A stretch of 64,000 nt of DNA from Meyerozyma guilliermondii (Eukaryota). The notes under the pieces were generated by a model, which saw only the letters and a list, made by a program, of their open reading frames with translations, ran no database searches and was not told the DNA's origin. Shown piece after piece: positions 1 to 11,095 of the stretch. Both the position numbers and the translations under genes were made by a program. The stretch lies in NCBI GenBank assembly GCA_051546255.1, contig CP128822.1, positions 124,001 to 188,000 on the forward strand, read 5' to 3'. Each line of letters opens with the position of its first letter. Position 1 is the stretch's first letter.

Positions 1-906
1 AATCAAGGAACCAACGACATAGCTACTCGAAACTTTTGAGCTGTGCAATTGAGTATTGGAAGATGAAGTGTACATATGGACAGCTTCAACATTTAAAAAG
101 ATGCAAATTTGGAGTTGAAGTTCATGTGTGGAAATATCAATGTGAGACGCAATAACTTGTAATCCGATATGAATGAGATCGGTGACAAATGCTGTGTTTT
201 CCGTTGACAACATGATGATCAGTTTCGTTACGATTTGAAGCACCAGGATCGCTAGTAACTCTTCTGACCCAAAATTGGAAAGTTGCCAAAGCAGTTTGAA
301 CAAACGAAGATATACTTTATCATGGAAAAGGTACGACACGCAAACTTCTTGGTCGCTACTAGCGTATATCAAGTGGGATATGGATTGGCACGCTTCGGCT
401 AATAATAACGAGCTTCCTTTTTGTTCCATTGTATTTTCCAAGGTGAGAAGTAGATGGTTGTACACCGATATCCAATCACTTTTCAGAAGATGATCCTTTA
501 TAAAACACTGTTTGAGCAAAATGGAAACAATTCGTGCTAGATGGAGGCTCGCAGGAGCAAAAACGGCATTTTCTGATCCATTAAATAGCACAACTATTCC
601 ATTAACTAAATTGGTATAGTGCTTCACACGAACAACTTTTGCGCTTGAAAGACTGAGTATTATAGTGGCACGAAGACTGTGGATTGCGGAGATGAGTCTA
701 TCCTCGGTTGCCCGCGTTGGATTTGTCAAAAAAGCCTTTTTTTCGATTTTGATCAAGTCTAAAAGAGCACTGGAAATCGACCCAAATTGACGAGAACTGA
801 GTTCAGCTGAACCCACCTGTTCCAACAATTCTAGCCCATCGCTTCGGTCTCGTGCCTTTGAGGACGACAAAAGGGTTACGAGCTGGTTGAATACCTGCGT
901 TTCCAT
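1..906 (-). CDS. TEL1: ATM-like PI3K-related kinase Tel1, N-terminal part (runs off left edge)
   Basis: Missing from the ORF track, presumably because no stop falls inside the window. Manual translation from ATG at 906 gives METQVFNQLVTLLSSSKARDRSDGLELLEQ...EDRLISAIHSLR...SLHLARIVS, matching the Tel1/ATM N-terminal TAN motif (L-S-x-K-x-x-[ED]-R). Confidence 0.8.
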   Translation of the reverse strand, partial: METQVFNQLVTLLSSSKARDRSDGLELLEQVGSAELSSRQFGSISSALLDLIKIEKKAFLTNPTRATEDRLISAIHSLRATIILSLSSAKVVRVKHYTNLVNGIVVLFNGSENAVFAPASLHLARIVSILLKQCFIKDHLLKSDWISVYNHLLLTLENTMEQKGSSLLLAEACQSISHLIYASSDQEVCVSYLFHDKVYLRLFKLLWQLSNFGSEELLAILVLQIVTKLIIMLSTENTAFVTDLIHIGLQVIASHIDISTHELQLQICIFLNVEAVHMYTSSSNTQLHSSKVSSSYVVGSLI

Positions 907-1120
907 TCATAGGGTGTCTGATAAGTGGTGTCTGGTGTAGTGGTTTTTTAGATCGGTGTCTGCACCCGAACATCCGATTCAAATTGGTTTCAAAGTGATG
1001 AATCAGTTACCAGTGGTTTATTGCCGCCTCCAAAAGGGGAATTGAGATGGATGTGAGGCAGCCACCCAAAACGGGATCGTCAGTATATATAACATGAAAT
1101 TTTTGACTTTTTGCTAGATT

Positions 1121-1462
1121 TTGAATTTTCCCATTTATGAACTTCGTCACGAAGAATTGGTGGATTGTGAGTGTGATTCTTGCAACTATTTGATGAGCAA
1201 GAAGGGACATTTTCGTCGTTTTTTCCTACTTGGTTTCTTGTTTCCTCCAGCATGGATTGTGGTTTTATTTCTATTTGCAAATTTTCTTCATAAGAACAAA
1301 AAAGGTTACAGAGAGCCTCACAAAAAGCTCCAAGCTCAGGCCTTTGACACGTTTATTTATACGGTGTGTTCCGCGATTACGTATGCGGCGATGGCTGCCA
1401 TTTTTGTTCTATGGCTGCAAAACCGAGACATGGATGTTCGGATGCCTTCCGAGTCAAAGTGA
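1121..1462 (+). CDS. Small putative two-TM membrane protein; start uncertain
   Basis: Two hydrophobic segments (FFLLGFLFPPAWIVVLFLF; FIYTVCSAITYAAMAAIFVLW) preceded by CxCxxC. The ORF-track start is TTG; first in-frame ATG is at 1193, or there is an upstream exon (see findings). Confidence 0.45.
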   Translation: MNFPIYELRHEELVDCECDSCNYLMSKKGHFRRFFLLGFLFPPAWIVVLFLFANFLHKNKKGYREPHKKLQAQAFDTFIYTVCSAITYAAMAAIFVLWLQNRDMDVRMPSESK

Positions 1463-1549
1463 CAGTCAACATACAGGAACGAAGATTTGACTCGGGACCC
1501 GCAGTTCACAGTATAAGAGTCTTCCACTGTTCCAACAAATTCATTGCTA

Positions 1550-2731
1550 ATGAGTTCGATTGTTACCAAGAGATTTGCCAGTGGCGCAAGCAAGCTTCTT
1601 CGTACACCCTTGTATGACTGTCATGTTGAATTGGGAGGGAAAATGGTAGATTATGCTGGGTTCGAAATGCCGGTTTTGTACAAGGGACAGACTCATGTTG
1701 AGTCTCACAACTGGGTGAGAAGCAAAGTTGGGTTGTTTGATGTGTCCCACATGCTTCAGCACAAATTTAAAGGAGCCCAGCCTCGGGAATTGTTGCAAAA
1801 AATCACCCCCATAGATTTGGCATATTTGCCCATAAACTCTTCGTCGTTGACGGTATTGTTAAATAAGAATGGAGGAGTCATTGATGACTGTATCATCACC
1901 AAACATGGAGAAAATGACTACTATATGGTGACAAATGCCGGATGTCGTACCAAAGACGTCAAGTTCATCAAAGAAGAGGCTGCGAATTTTGATGTAGACC
2001 ACTCAACATTTGAGGGCACTTTGTTGGCTATCCAGGGCCCAGAAGCCGCAGGATTACTTCAAAAATTCACCAACGAAGACTTGAGCAAGATTACTTTCGG
2101 TAATACCAAGTACCTTAAGTTGTCCCTGATTGGTGCAGATGTCCATTTAGCTCGGTCTGGATACACTGGCGAAGATGGATTTGAGCTTCTGATTCCCTCT
2201 TCTACCCCACAGGAATCCCAAGAGTCGCAAAACTTCTTTAGATCTCTTATTGAAGATTACCCAGATTTGGTTCGTCCCATTGGTTTGGCAGCGCGGGACT
2301 CGTTGCGGTTGGAAGCTGGTATGTGTCTTTACGGCCACGAGCTCGCGGAGGATATCACCCCGATTGAAGCCACATTGACGTGGTTGATTCCCAAGCTGAG
2401 AAGAGACGAGAAAAATGCCACCTTCAATGGGGCTTCCAAGATCTTGAGTCAGATCAAAGACAAGACTTTGTGCTCCAAAAAGAGAATTGGTTTGTTGTCG
2501 AAAGGTCCCTCGCCTCGTGATGGAAATAAGCTTTTCAGTGAAGACGGAAAGGAAATTGGACACATTACTTCGGGTTCACCTTCACCTACACTTGGGGGAA
2601 ATGTTGCGCAAGCATATGCTGACAAGTTGTTAAAGTCAGGTACAAAAGTGTTTTTTGAGCTGAGAGGAAAAAAGAGAGAAGCAATTGTGGCCAAGATGCC
2701 ATTTGTGGAGAGCAAGTTTTACAGAGGATAA
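1550..2731 (+). CDS. GCV1: Glycine cleavage system T protein (aminomethyltransferase), mitochondrial
   Basis: RTPLYD, GLFDVSHM, ARSGYTGEDGFE, GLAARDSLRLEAGMCLYG motifs; presequence-like N-terminus; ATG at 1550. Confidence 0.97.
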   Translation: MSSIVTKRFASGASKLLRTPLYDCHVELGGKMVDYAGFEMPVLYKGQTHVESHNWVRSKVGLFDVSHMLQHKFKGAQPRELLQKITPIDLAYLPINSSSLTVLLNKNGGVIDDCIITKHGENDYYMVTNAGCRTKDVKFIKEEAANFDVDHSTFEGTLLAIQGPEAAGLLQKFTNEDLSKITFGNTKYLKLSLIGADVHLARSGYTGEDGFELLIPSSTPQESQESQNFFRSLIEDYPDLVRPIGLAARDSLRLEAGMCLYGHELAEDITPIEATLTWLIPKLRRDEKNATFNGASKILSQIKDKTLCSKKRIGLLSKGPSPRDGNKLFSEDGKEIGHITSGSPSPTLGGNVAQAYADKLLKSGTKVFFELRGKKREAIVAKMPFVESKFYRG

Positions 2732-3153
2732 ATCTAAAATTCGCGCCAAGTTCTTCTGAGGATAAATACAATTTCGCAGCCAGTGCGCGCGAATTTTAGG
2801 TGTTTTTTCCGTGTAGAATGAATTCTCGCGTGAATCGTGTTCCGCGGCTGCCAGGAGTGGATCGCGTAGTGCGCGGTGGTTTAAAACGGATTGATTAGAA
2901 TAAACGAATTAATTTACTAAATAAGTGCAAAGCTGAAGAGACTTTCTTGGTACTTATTGATAAAGACTGAAGAGTATTTGTCAGTGGTTCCGTATTCCTC
3001 GATACATTGTCATTAATTGCCATTCAAGTCATTAATTGCGATACATTATCATTGCCATTTATTACCTTAATTATCATTAATTTTTAGTGACACTAATTGG
3101 CATTTTCCATTATTGCCATATCCTTTACTTCAAGTGAATCTAAACATTTTGTC

Positions 3154-3984
3154 ATGAACTCGCCGCGTGTTCCCCTTTCCCCAAAACACAGCAATTCTGC
3201 CTCGTCGTCGCCCTCAAAGTCCAAGGTGGACTCGCCTTTTGTCAACCACGTCAGGCTCTTGCATAGACTGTCGTTTCAGCTGTCTCCTAGTGAATCCCGT
3301 CATGCTTCCCCAGGGTCTCCAACCAGGTCCATGTCTCCAACCAGATCTACGAGATCACCAGCCAGATCGCCCAGCAAAAGTTTGCTGGCTGGCCGCTCCG
3401 GACCCGGCTTTATCATCTTTGAAGACCCCAAAACCTACCGCGGAGCCAAGCCCGATTTGGCGGTGAGCGGCCGCGAAAATAGACCTCTGGACCAGGTGTC
3501 GGGGTCCATAAATACCGAGTTTGTGGACCAGGAAAACGCATTACAGCCCAAGCTGGTGGTGATTCCTCAACGAAAGTTGCACAATCGAAAGCCATTGGCA
3601 CCATTGAGCACTAACGAGTTCACTGGACACATTTCTTTTGATGGAGTTATCAACGAAAAACTAACTCAATTATGGCACCCACCAAACTGTGACAATGGTC
3701 ATCGTTCTGTTCATAAAAAGCTTGCATTGCCATCATTCATCACTCCTCCCCGCAAGCAGGCCACCACCAAGTTGCGCCAAACCTACGCCGACCCGGGTAC
3801 CGATGCCCTTGTATCAAAGTACCTCTACCGAAGTAATATGCACGATTTGGATCCGGAACTCGATATGGAAATGCGGCTCATTTCAAAAAACAACCGCATC
3901 CGCAAACGGCGCCTGATGTCGGTGGGCCGCAGCGAGGCACGAGCACCATTGATTTCAAGACCGCAGTTCAAGATTGCATCATAA
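3154..3984 (+). CDS. ACM1: APC/C-Cdh1 pseudosubstrate inhibitor Acm1 ortholog
   Basis: Ordered motifs FIIFED (A/ABBA motif), QEN (KEN-box position), RKPLAPLSTNEFTGHI (cf. S. cerevisiae RIALKDLSVDEFKGYI), LPSFITPPR; many SP/TP CDK sites; ATG at 3154. Confidence 0.75.
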   Translation: MNSPRVPLSPKHSNSASSSPSKSKVDSPFVNHVRLLHRLSFQLSPSESRHASPGSPTRSMSPTRSTRSPARSPSKSLLAGRSGPGFIIFEDPKTYRGAKPDLAVSGRENRPLDQVSGSINTEFVDQENALQPKLVVIPQRKLHNRKPLAPLSTNEFTGHISFDGVINEKLTQLWHPPNCDNGHRSVHKKLALPSFITPPRKQATTKLRQTYADPGTDALVSKYLYRSNMHDLDPELDMEMRLISKNNRIRKRRLMSVGRSEARAPLISRPQFKIAS

Positions 3985-4008
3985 GGACAAACTCCATAAG
4001 ATAGCCAC

Positions 4009-4046
4009 CAAGGTTAATTTTCAAGGTTAATTTCCAAGGTTAATTT
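4009..4046. repeat. 3 x CAAGGTTAATTT tandem repeat (13-bp period) just downstream of ACM1
   Basis: Copies at 4009-4020, 4022-4033, 4035-4046. Confidence 0.9.
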
Positions 4047-4693
4047 GCAGCCATATTAAGTATCACCCGACTACACAATTTAGCGATTTCATTGCATAAC
4101 CGAGCCACTTGCCGAGATCCACTATTTGTTCGATACGCTAGCCGCGAAAGCGAATACGAAACACAAAGCTAAAGTTAAATAGTGAAGACAATAGCAAATA
4201 CCAATATCTACTCTCTATATAATTATCGTCTACTCTCTAGCGATCCAATTGTCTCTTTAGTTGCTTCAATTGTTTTCATCTATCGCTAATTCATCGATCG
4301 GCTCATCCGCTCCCACTTGCCCGATTCGTCTGGCGCGCGGTGCCAAATGTGGAAGCCGCATCCGGCAACCCACATATATACTGCAAAAACCCCACCCATT
4401 TTCTGCTGCTCATTCAGTTTTACTCTGGTACTTGTTGTGAATTAGCTAGCTGCATGGGATTTTACCTGGATCAACTCTTGTCCAGAGATACGATTACCGC
4501 CATACTCGGCAGGCTCGTAAAGTTAAGTTATCAATACAAGTATATCTTGTCATTTTGATAAGGAAGAAACGTACAAAAAAACAACGAAAAAAGACGAAAA
4601 AAGGTTGAGAACGAACAAACAATCAGATCTGGTTGTGTTAAGAAGTGATTTTGTTATTATTTTTTGAAGTGTTAAATCTTATCTATTGATCAT

Positions 4694-5455
4694 ATGTCCA
4701 CCATTCAAGTCAAGGCTCCACAAAAATACGCCGGGCTTCGTCATCTCACCTACGACGACGTGCCAAAGGCGGCATACACGCTTTCTGAAGCATTTCGTGA
4801 GGACTCTCTCGCCAGATTATTGGTGTGCCATTTCCCCACGAAAGAGGAACAAGTTCGCTGCGAAACTATGTTGTACGAGGCGTATTTGCGCCAGCACATT
4901 GCCAAGGGAATTGTGTTAGGAATCAACGAAAGTGACCATGATTTCGAAACGGTTGCAATTTGGTCGCATCCTACTTCCGAAGAAGAAGGTTTGGATTCTT
5001 TCTCGACATTGATGGAAGCCGGTTACGGTGAAGTGTGGGAAGCATATGGCGAAGAGGGACGCGAAAAAGTGTTTCGAGGAATGTTGCCATTGTTGCACAA
5101 TTCGTGTCACAGAATCTTGTCCACTCCTCAGTTCAAAGATAAAGGAGTATTTACATTGGTTTATTTGGGATCTCTTGAAAAAGCTCGCGGAAAGGGTAAT
5201 GTGCGTAAGATGTTTGATTTCATGTTTGAAAACTATATCGATAACCAACCCAACACCATTTCGTACTTGGAGAGCTCGAGTCCTACAAATATCCCCATTT
5301 ATAACCGATTCGGGTTTCAGTTTGCCGAGGAAATCATGCTTGGTTCAAAACACGAGGGTGCCATTGAAGGTAAAGATTACGCCATCATGAGCGTTATGAT
5401 TAGAGATACTCGTGGGAAGGAATGGCGAAAACTGGGAAACTTGCAAAAACTTTAG
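4694..5455 (+). CDS. GNAT-family N-acetyltransferase
   Basis: YLGSLEKARGKGNVRKM (acetyl-CoA binding R-G-K-G) and YLESSSPTNIPIYNRFGF motifs. Confidence 0.85.
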   Translation: MSTIQVKAPQKYAGLRHLTYDDVPKAAYTLSEAFREDSLARLLVCHFPTKEEQVRCETMLYEAYLRQHIAKGIVLGINESDHDFETVAIWSHPTSEEEGLDSFSTLMEAGYGEVWEAYGEEGREKVFRGMLPLLHNSCHRILSTPQFKDKGVFTLVYLGSLEKARGKGNVRKMFDFMFENYIDNQPNTISYLESSSPTNIPIYNRFGFQFAEEIMLGSKHEGAIEGKDYAIMSVMIRDTRGKEWRKLGNLQKL

Positions 5456-5552
5456 ACAGCCAGACAGCCAACTTAGCCAGTAGCCTCTTTAGCTAGTAGC
5501 GTCTTTTGCTAGAATCTCAATTGCTACGTCATATTGCCCTTACCTATATACA

Positions 5553-6536
5553 TTATTCGTCGAGCGACAATACACTTCTTTGTGACGGCAACTTGAGGTT
5601 GGAAAATTCCTCCTTGGCCCTTTCCCTAAGTTGTTCCTCTTGCGCCTTGGTCAATGGCTTCACCACCTCATCTGGAGGCACGAACCGGAACTTTCCAAAC
5701 CCAAACTCACGGTCCGTCATCTTGTTTAAAACGTACAATTGAGCCCGCACGTATTCCACCAACGACTCCAAATGTCTCATATCAGCATTGGGGTTACCAT
5801 TAAAGATGTTACGCCACAACGCCGCCGCCAAAGTAATATCGTCGGTCATAAGTCCCTCGTCGTAAGAAACCACCGCTCCAAGAAGCTGGGTATGATAATC
5901 CTTCAAATAACCTTCAATAATACGATTGGAAGAAATTCCCAATTCTTCTGCCATTCTCAACTCGAGATCGCTAAAGATCCGGTCCACCAACTTTTGCTGG
6001 TAGTTCCTTCCATACTTGAACGGCATTGCTCTCATACGAACCGACAAAATCCAATAGTGTAAAGCGGTGATTTGGAACCACTGAGAAAACGACCTGGGAA
6101 GTCCTAAGGTCTCATAGTAGTATTTGGCCGTCACAGAAAGCTCCTCGTTTGGATAAACCATTCCCTGGCGCTTGCACTCTCCAAAATATACAGATCCCGC
6201 CACTGGACCAGCTCGAGACCTATCCATGTCGATGTTGAACATTCTGACGAGCGACTGTCCAATGTACTGTTTCCATCCAGCCATCTTGTAGTTCGGGTCA
6301 GCCTCAATCTCGTGGGACGACAAGAACTGGGACTTCTTTTTGGGTTGTCTGGGATTGATTTTAAGATCTTGTTCGATGGTGGGAAGCGACGATTCTTGGG
6401 CTATTTTACTGGGAGCATCAACTTTTTCCGACTCTTTTAATTGGCTCAAAAACGTTTGTGTTTGAAACCTTCGTATAGCAGGAGCACACGAAAATGTGCT
6501 GGAGCTTCTAAGAGCTCCTCTGGTATAGTATGCCAT
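5553..6536 (-). CDS. CBP3: Cytochrome b translation/assembly chaperone Cbp3
   Basis: FSQWFQITALHYWILSVRMR, SYDEGLMTDDITLAAALWRN; mitochondrial presequence; TGTATATA Puf3-like element immediately after the stop. Confidence 0.95.
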   Translation of the reverse strand: MAYYTRGALRSSSTFSCAPAIRRFQTQTFLSQLKESEKVDAPSKIAQESSLPTIEQDLKINPRQPKKKSQFLSSHEIEADPNYKMAGWKQYIGQSLVRMFNIDMDRSRAGPVAGSVYFGECKRQGMVYPNEELSVTAKYYYETLGLPRSFSQWFQITALHYWILSVRMRAMPFKYGRNYQQKLVDRIFSDLELRMAEELGISSNRIIEGYLKDYHTQLLGAVVSYDEGLMTDDITLAAALWRNIFNGNPNADMRHLESLVEYVRAQLYVLNKMTDREFGFGKFRFVPPDEVVKPLTKAQEEQLRERAKEEFSNLKLPSQRSVLSLDE

Positions 6537-7587
6537 GGGTAGATGTTTGGATATTGATGAGAGATTTTGTGAGAATGAATTTTTGGCAGGGGTTGCGTGC
6601 AGGACGAAACAATGGTTGCAAGTAAAGAGTGAAGTAGAAGTTACACATTCTTCAATAAAGAAGCTTGGTTACGATCTTAGTGCAGGAAAACTAGTACCAG
6701 TATACTCGGGTATTGGTTCATATTCATGATTGCAGTATCCAAATGTGATCGCGATAATACTATTGCCAAATTTATAGTACAGTGGGTGAGAAATAGAGAC
6801 AACTAAACGTGCAAAAAGGGTGATGCTGATAGATCTTTCGACATACAAGTTAGATTTAGAGTACGTGAAACTGCTCAAATATTGGACATGTCAATTGCTC
6901 GCAAGGTGACAGAAATGCAATGGTGACCACACTTCAAGATTCCTATTTGTTAACCTCTATTCTTTAGCTTCGAGATTCTGACAAGCTTTGGGTTATGGGT
7001 AGTGTTAAATTTCCACTCATTGCACATACAATCAAAGAGATGGTGGAAAAAATGTAGTTGAGACCAACCGACTAAGCATTTGTGTCCCACGTGCTGCTTG
7101 ACAACAATTTCTTTCCGGATCTAAGACTAGAAATGCTACGTTAGCTTTCGAAGTATTTGTCTAACACTTCAGAAAATATCGTAGAACTTTCTCTCAATTC
7201 GGAAACTAAATCATTCTGATAATCTCCGTGTTGTACCAAATCATTTTGATAATCTCCGGTGTCGCCGACTGGCTATGCTTTCTACGCCATCACCCGTTGC
7301 AGATACGGTGGCAAGATGACTAATTATCATCACGGAGATAATGTGGAAAATGGGTTTTGGAAATTTTCGCAGCTTTAAATGTCCCAAACCGTCGCATTTA
7401 TACTATTTGCAACTGAAACGCGCTCGGCCGAGGGCTGCGTAATCTGATGCAGGGCTGCGGGTTGATCTTCCTGCAGAATGCCTCATTTTGACGGAGTTAT
7501 ATGAAGCAGAAAACTATTTAAGGACGTTGCCACAATCTAAAAAAATCACATTCAACCACAATTGACAATCCCACAAACACCAACAAA

Positions 7588-8613
7588 ATGCCAGTTCAAC
7601 TTAATGACAAGATTTCTTATGGTACCATGTCCCTTACTTGGAAACCAGAACCCATGAATCCCGATGATGCCGCAGATATGATCCACTATGTGGTTTCCAA
7701 GTATGGAGTCAAATTTCTCAACGGAGGAGAGTTCTATGGTCCAGATAACGCCAATTTGAAGGCTTTTCAAAGATACTTTGAAAAATACAACTCGCCAAAG
7801 AACAAAGAATTGGTGGTCTCGATCAAAGGAGGCTCTGATTTGAAATCACTTAGACCTGATGGAACTAAGGAATCAATTGACAGATCCGTGAAGAATGTGC
7901 TTGCACACTTCCCATTAGAAAACAGACCCAAGATTTTGTTTGAAACTGCTAGAGTTGACAAAAATGTTCCTATCGAGACCACATTGTCCTATATCAATGA
8001 GTACGTCCAGCAGGGCTTGTTATCGGGTATTTCGCTCTCTGAAACCAGCGGAAATACTGTATTGAAGGCATTGAAGGTGGCAAACATTTCCTGCGTCGAA
8101 TTGGAATTGTCCTTCTTTACCAGAGACATTGTTGAGGACGGTGTGCTCAAGGTGTGTTCCGAGAACAACATTCCTATCATTGCATACTCTCCCGTTGGCC
8201 GTGGTATGTTGACAGACTACGCGGTAGAGCACGCCGATGAACTTTACGAAACTACCAGGAAGGATTTAAGATCATGGATGGAAAGATTTAGCGAAGAAAA
8301 TTACAAGGCAAACATTGCTGCCTGCAAAAAGTTGTACGATTTTGCTCATGATGTGAAAAAGACCTCTTTGGAAGCATTGGCATTGTCGTGGATCTTGAAG
8401 GTTTCAGAAGCAAAGAACTTGTGGGGAATTGAAAAGGTTTGTAAAATCATCCCAATTCCTTCGGGCTCGACTAAAGAGAAGGCTGATATGAACTTTGGTC
8501 ACCTTGTGGAACTCACCGATGCCGAATTCGAGCAGCTTGAAAAGATTTACCAGAATACTACGTTGCAAGGTAGCCGTGCCAACGCCCACATGATCCAGAA
8601 TATGTTGGTTTGA
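7588..8613 (+). CDS. Aldo-keto reductase, pyridoxal reductase (Plr1/YPR127W)-like
   Basis: YGTMSLTW, FLNGGEFYG, ISLSE, IIAYSPVGRGML, IIPIPSG motifs. Confidence 0.9.
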   Translation: MPVQLNDKISYGTMSLTWKPEPMNPDDAADMIHYVVSKYGVKFLNGGEFYGPDNANLKAFQRYFEKYNSPKNKELVVSIKGGSDLKSLRPDGTKESIDRSVKNVLAHFPLENRPKILFETARVDKNVPIETTLSYINEYVQQGLLSGISLSETSGNTVLKALKVANISCVELELSFFTRDIVEDGVLKVCSENNIPIIAYSPVGRGMLTDYAVEHADELYETTRKDLRSWMERFSEENYKANIAACKKLYDFAHDVKKTSLEALALSWILKVSEAKNLWGIEKVCKIIPIPSGSTKEKADMNFGHLVELTDAEFEQLEKIYQNTTLQGSRANAHMIQNMLV

Positions 8614-9034
8614 ATTATAGCTTTGACTATTCTGAGCATGAATAAACGATCAATCTCAAGTTATTGAAAATATCAAATTCAACCAGAAGAGAATGCCATG
8701 CGGCATCATTTAAAACCTTTATGTGTTCTCCGAAAAGCAATCTTCCGATTTTTTTTGCGACCAGTGTAGGTATGGCATTAATATGAATGGTAATTCCTAA
8801 CCTCCGCCATGAGTGTATTGGAACATCAGTATCAATGAGATCCAAGGTTTTATCGAGCGTGACAGCGGTACGTAGTTGTAGTTTTGTTACAGCTTTTGAT
8901 CACACCGTGTATCAAGTGGATTAAAAAATTTGCAGCCATTTTCAATTGCTAAGAAACCTTCACTGCTGCATTTTCTGATATCCTGATACTCACTTCTTTC
9001 ATAATGAGCTCATTTCAGTATCACTTGTATTCGT

Positions 9035-11095
9035 TTATGCAAAATTAGGCCAGAACTCATCCATTCCATCCAAAAAATCTGCAAAGTCATCGTTCAAACT
9101 CTTGAATGAACTTTCGAGATTAGCCATATTCTTCTTTTCGTCCTTTCTCATCCATCCTTCCAAGATGGTTTCGAATGGTGCTGAATGTCGAGATATTCTT
9201 TCGACGGTATGTAACTCTGGAAACTTTTGTTCGACATAATCCAATGTATACTTCATGAACATGCTCGCTTTGAAACAAGAATAGTAAACTGTACTGGATT
9301 CAAATCCACTATTATAGATTTCTGTTACTTTTCGTAGAATGTTTCTCAAGGAAACCTGGTCACTGTTGAAATCAATCTCAATCCAGTCCATCAAGCCAGT
9401 TGAATCGGCAGAATTGAAGTATCTAAAGTACTCCACAAGAGAGTGTTCACCATCCATGACTCGCTTTATGACTCGTAACAAGTAAAACACCGCCATTCGA
9501 GGGCCTATCCATAATCTAGGATAAAATAGCTTATCGAAATCCGCATTGAAAAAAGTACGAGTTTCAACCACTTTTTGATGGAGAATTCGAAGTAGTATTA
9601 GACATCTCTCGAAGGCTAAAGAAGACGTCTTTATGCTAGCATTGCTGGTGGTGCCAAGAAGGAAATAGAGTCGAAACTCTTTATGAATTAAATCCAATCT
9701 GAATGCAAATTCTCTAGCTTTCTCTCCAATTTCGGTGGTTGTTAGTGAGGTATTGTTGTTGGTAAGCTGGTAAAAAGATCTGTTCTGTTCCAGTAGATAA
9801 TTTGAAAGGTCTTTCAAAAGTTCTTCGCTTTCAGCTTCATTGACTTTTCGTTGACTTATGTCGCCATTCAAATACTTGCGTATACTTTTGGAGCATTGTC
9901 CCACCAATTGGTTGATCCTTTCATTGTGCTTTTTTCCAGCAGCTAACGGCTTCATGGACATAATCTCCGAGACATGGGTGACGGGAGTCACACCTTTATC
10001 AAACGCATAAGAAACGTCCAAGTAACAAATGTAACTCCAGATCTTTTCCCAGGCAGTAAGTTCAGATTCATCCAAGAGATGCCGTGGATATCTTTCGGAA
10101 GACTGGTGCATTCCTAGGACTCGAGCCGATTGCACTAATGCTCCATTGATGATTGCAATTGAAAAAGAAGTGTCGTCGTCTTCCGGGCAGTACATCTTGT
10201 ACACCAGAAGAAGTATCAAGCCCTGAATTTTCAGTAGCTTTATGTTCTTGAAAGACTGTGGAGACATCAACAATCCCATGGCACACTCAACATACGATTC
10301 ATTGATGTTGATACCGGAACTGTCTTTCAATTGCTTGGTCATTTCTGGAGACATGGTGATGAAGGAAAATCTTAGCAACAAGAGCAAAATAGCTATGAGC
10401 GAGCTCTCGTTGGACTTGGACCCATCTATAGTGCTGTACTCACCATTATCTTTCAACAAATGGTGAAGTTGTGTGAGAAGAATATCCTTGTCGAAAAAAT
10501 GAAGATACGGATAAAACAAGTCAAAAACACGATCCAACATCAAATTGATGTGCCTAAGTGGCGGTAGTCGACCCAAGCCTGCAGTGATTTCAGGAACAAC
10601 CGAATCTGCTTCGCTATAACAGCTTTCATGTGACCTATTATGGGGACCAGAAAACAAGGAAGTCAAACTGGGGTCCTCTAAGATAAGACTCATGTTTGAA
10701 GTGGGCTCAAAATACGTAGGATTGGACTCGAATATCGCGTATCCGTCAAATTTTTGGTGATATATGTCACTATTCTTCGAAGGTTCGATCTCATTTGAAG
10801 GACTTTTGGAACCAGGAGGTTTTTGAAATTGCTTCAAGGTATCCAAAAGTGACTTCTGGTAGGCCATGATCTCCTCATAATGCTTTATTTTCGTTAAAAG
10901 TTCTCTGTTTGTAGAAATTTCTGCGATTTCTCTGATTTCTTTGGCATCATAAACACATTCATCAGTACAATTATCCAAGAGACACCGCTCACAAAATGGT
11001 TTATTTCTGTCACACCTGAGCCTCCTGGATCTACAGCGTGCACAGGTCGATGAAATCCTGTTTCGTTTGAATTTTGATCTTTGGTCTGAGACCAT
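9035..11095 (-). CDS. Zn(II)2Cys6 transcription factor with fungal middle homology region
   Basis: KRNRISSTCARCRSRRLRCDRNKPFCERCLLDNCTDEC binuclear cluster; ARVLGMHQ...WEKIWSYICYLD; acidic-hydrophobic C-terminal activation tail DDFADFLDGMDEFW. Confidence 0.93.
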   Translation of the reverse strand: MVSDQRSKFKRNRISSTCARCRSRRLRCDRNKPFCERCLLDNCTDECVYDAKEIREIAEISTNRELLTKIKHYEEIMAYQKSLLDTLKQFQKPPGSKSPSNEIEPSKNSDIYHQKFDGYAIFESNPTYFEPTSNMSLILEDPSLTSLFSGPHNRSHESCYSEADSVVPEITAGLGRLPPLRHINLMLDRVFDLFYPYLHFFDKDILLTQLHHLLKDNGEYSTIDGSKSNESSLIAILLLLLRFSFITMSPEMTKQLKDSSGININESYVECAMGLLMSPQSFKNIKLLKIQGLILLLVYKMYCPEDDDTSFSIAIINGALVQSARVLGMHQSSERYPRHLLDESELTAWEKIWSYICYLDVSYAFDKGVTPVTHVSEIMSMKPLAAGKKHNERINQLVGQCSKSIRKYLNGDISQRKVNEAESEELLKDLSNYLLEQNRSFYQLTNNNTSLTTTEIGEKAREFAFRLDLIHKEFRLYFLLGTTSNASIKTSSLAFERCLILLRILHQKVVETRTFFNADFDKLFYPRLWIGPRMAVFYLLRVIKRVMDGEHSLVEYFRYFNSADSTGLMDWIEIDFNSDQVSLRNILRKVTEIYNSGFESSTVYYSCFKASMFMKYTLDYVEQKFPELHTVERISRHSAPFETILEGWMRKDEKKNMANLESSFKSLNDDFADFLDGMDEFWPNFA

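Noticed and set aside
4454..4558. 34-codon possible uORF upstream of the GNAT gene
   Set aside because: No evidence the transcript includes it; this length is expected by chance.
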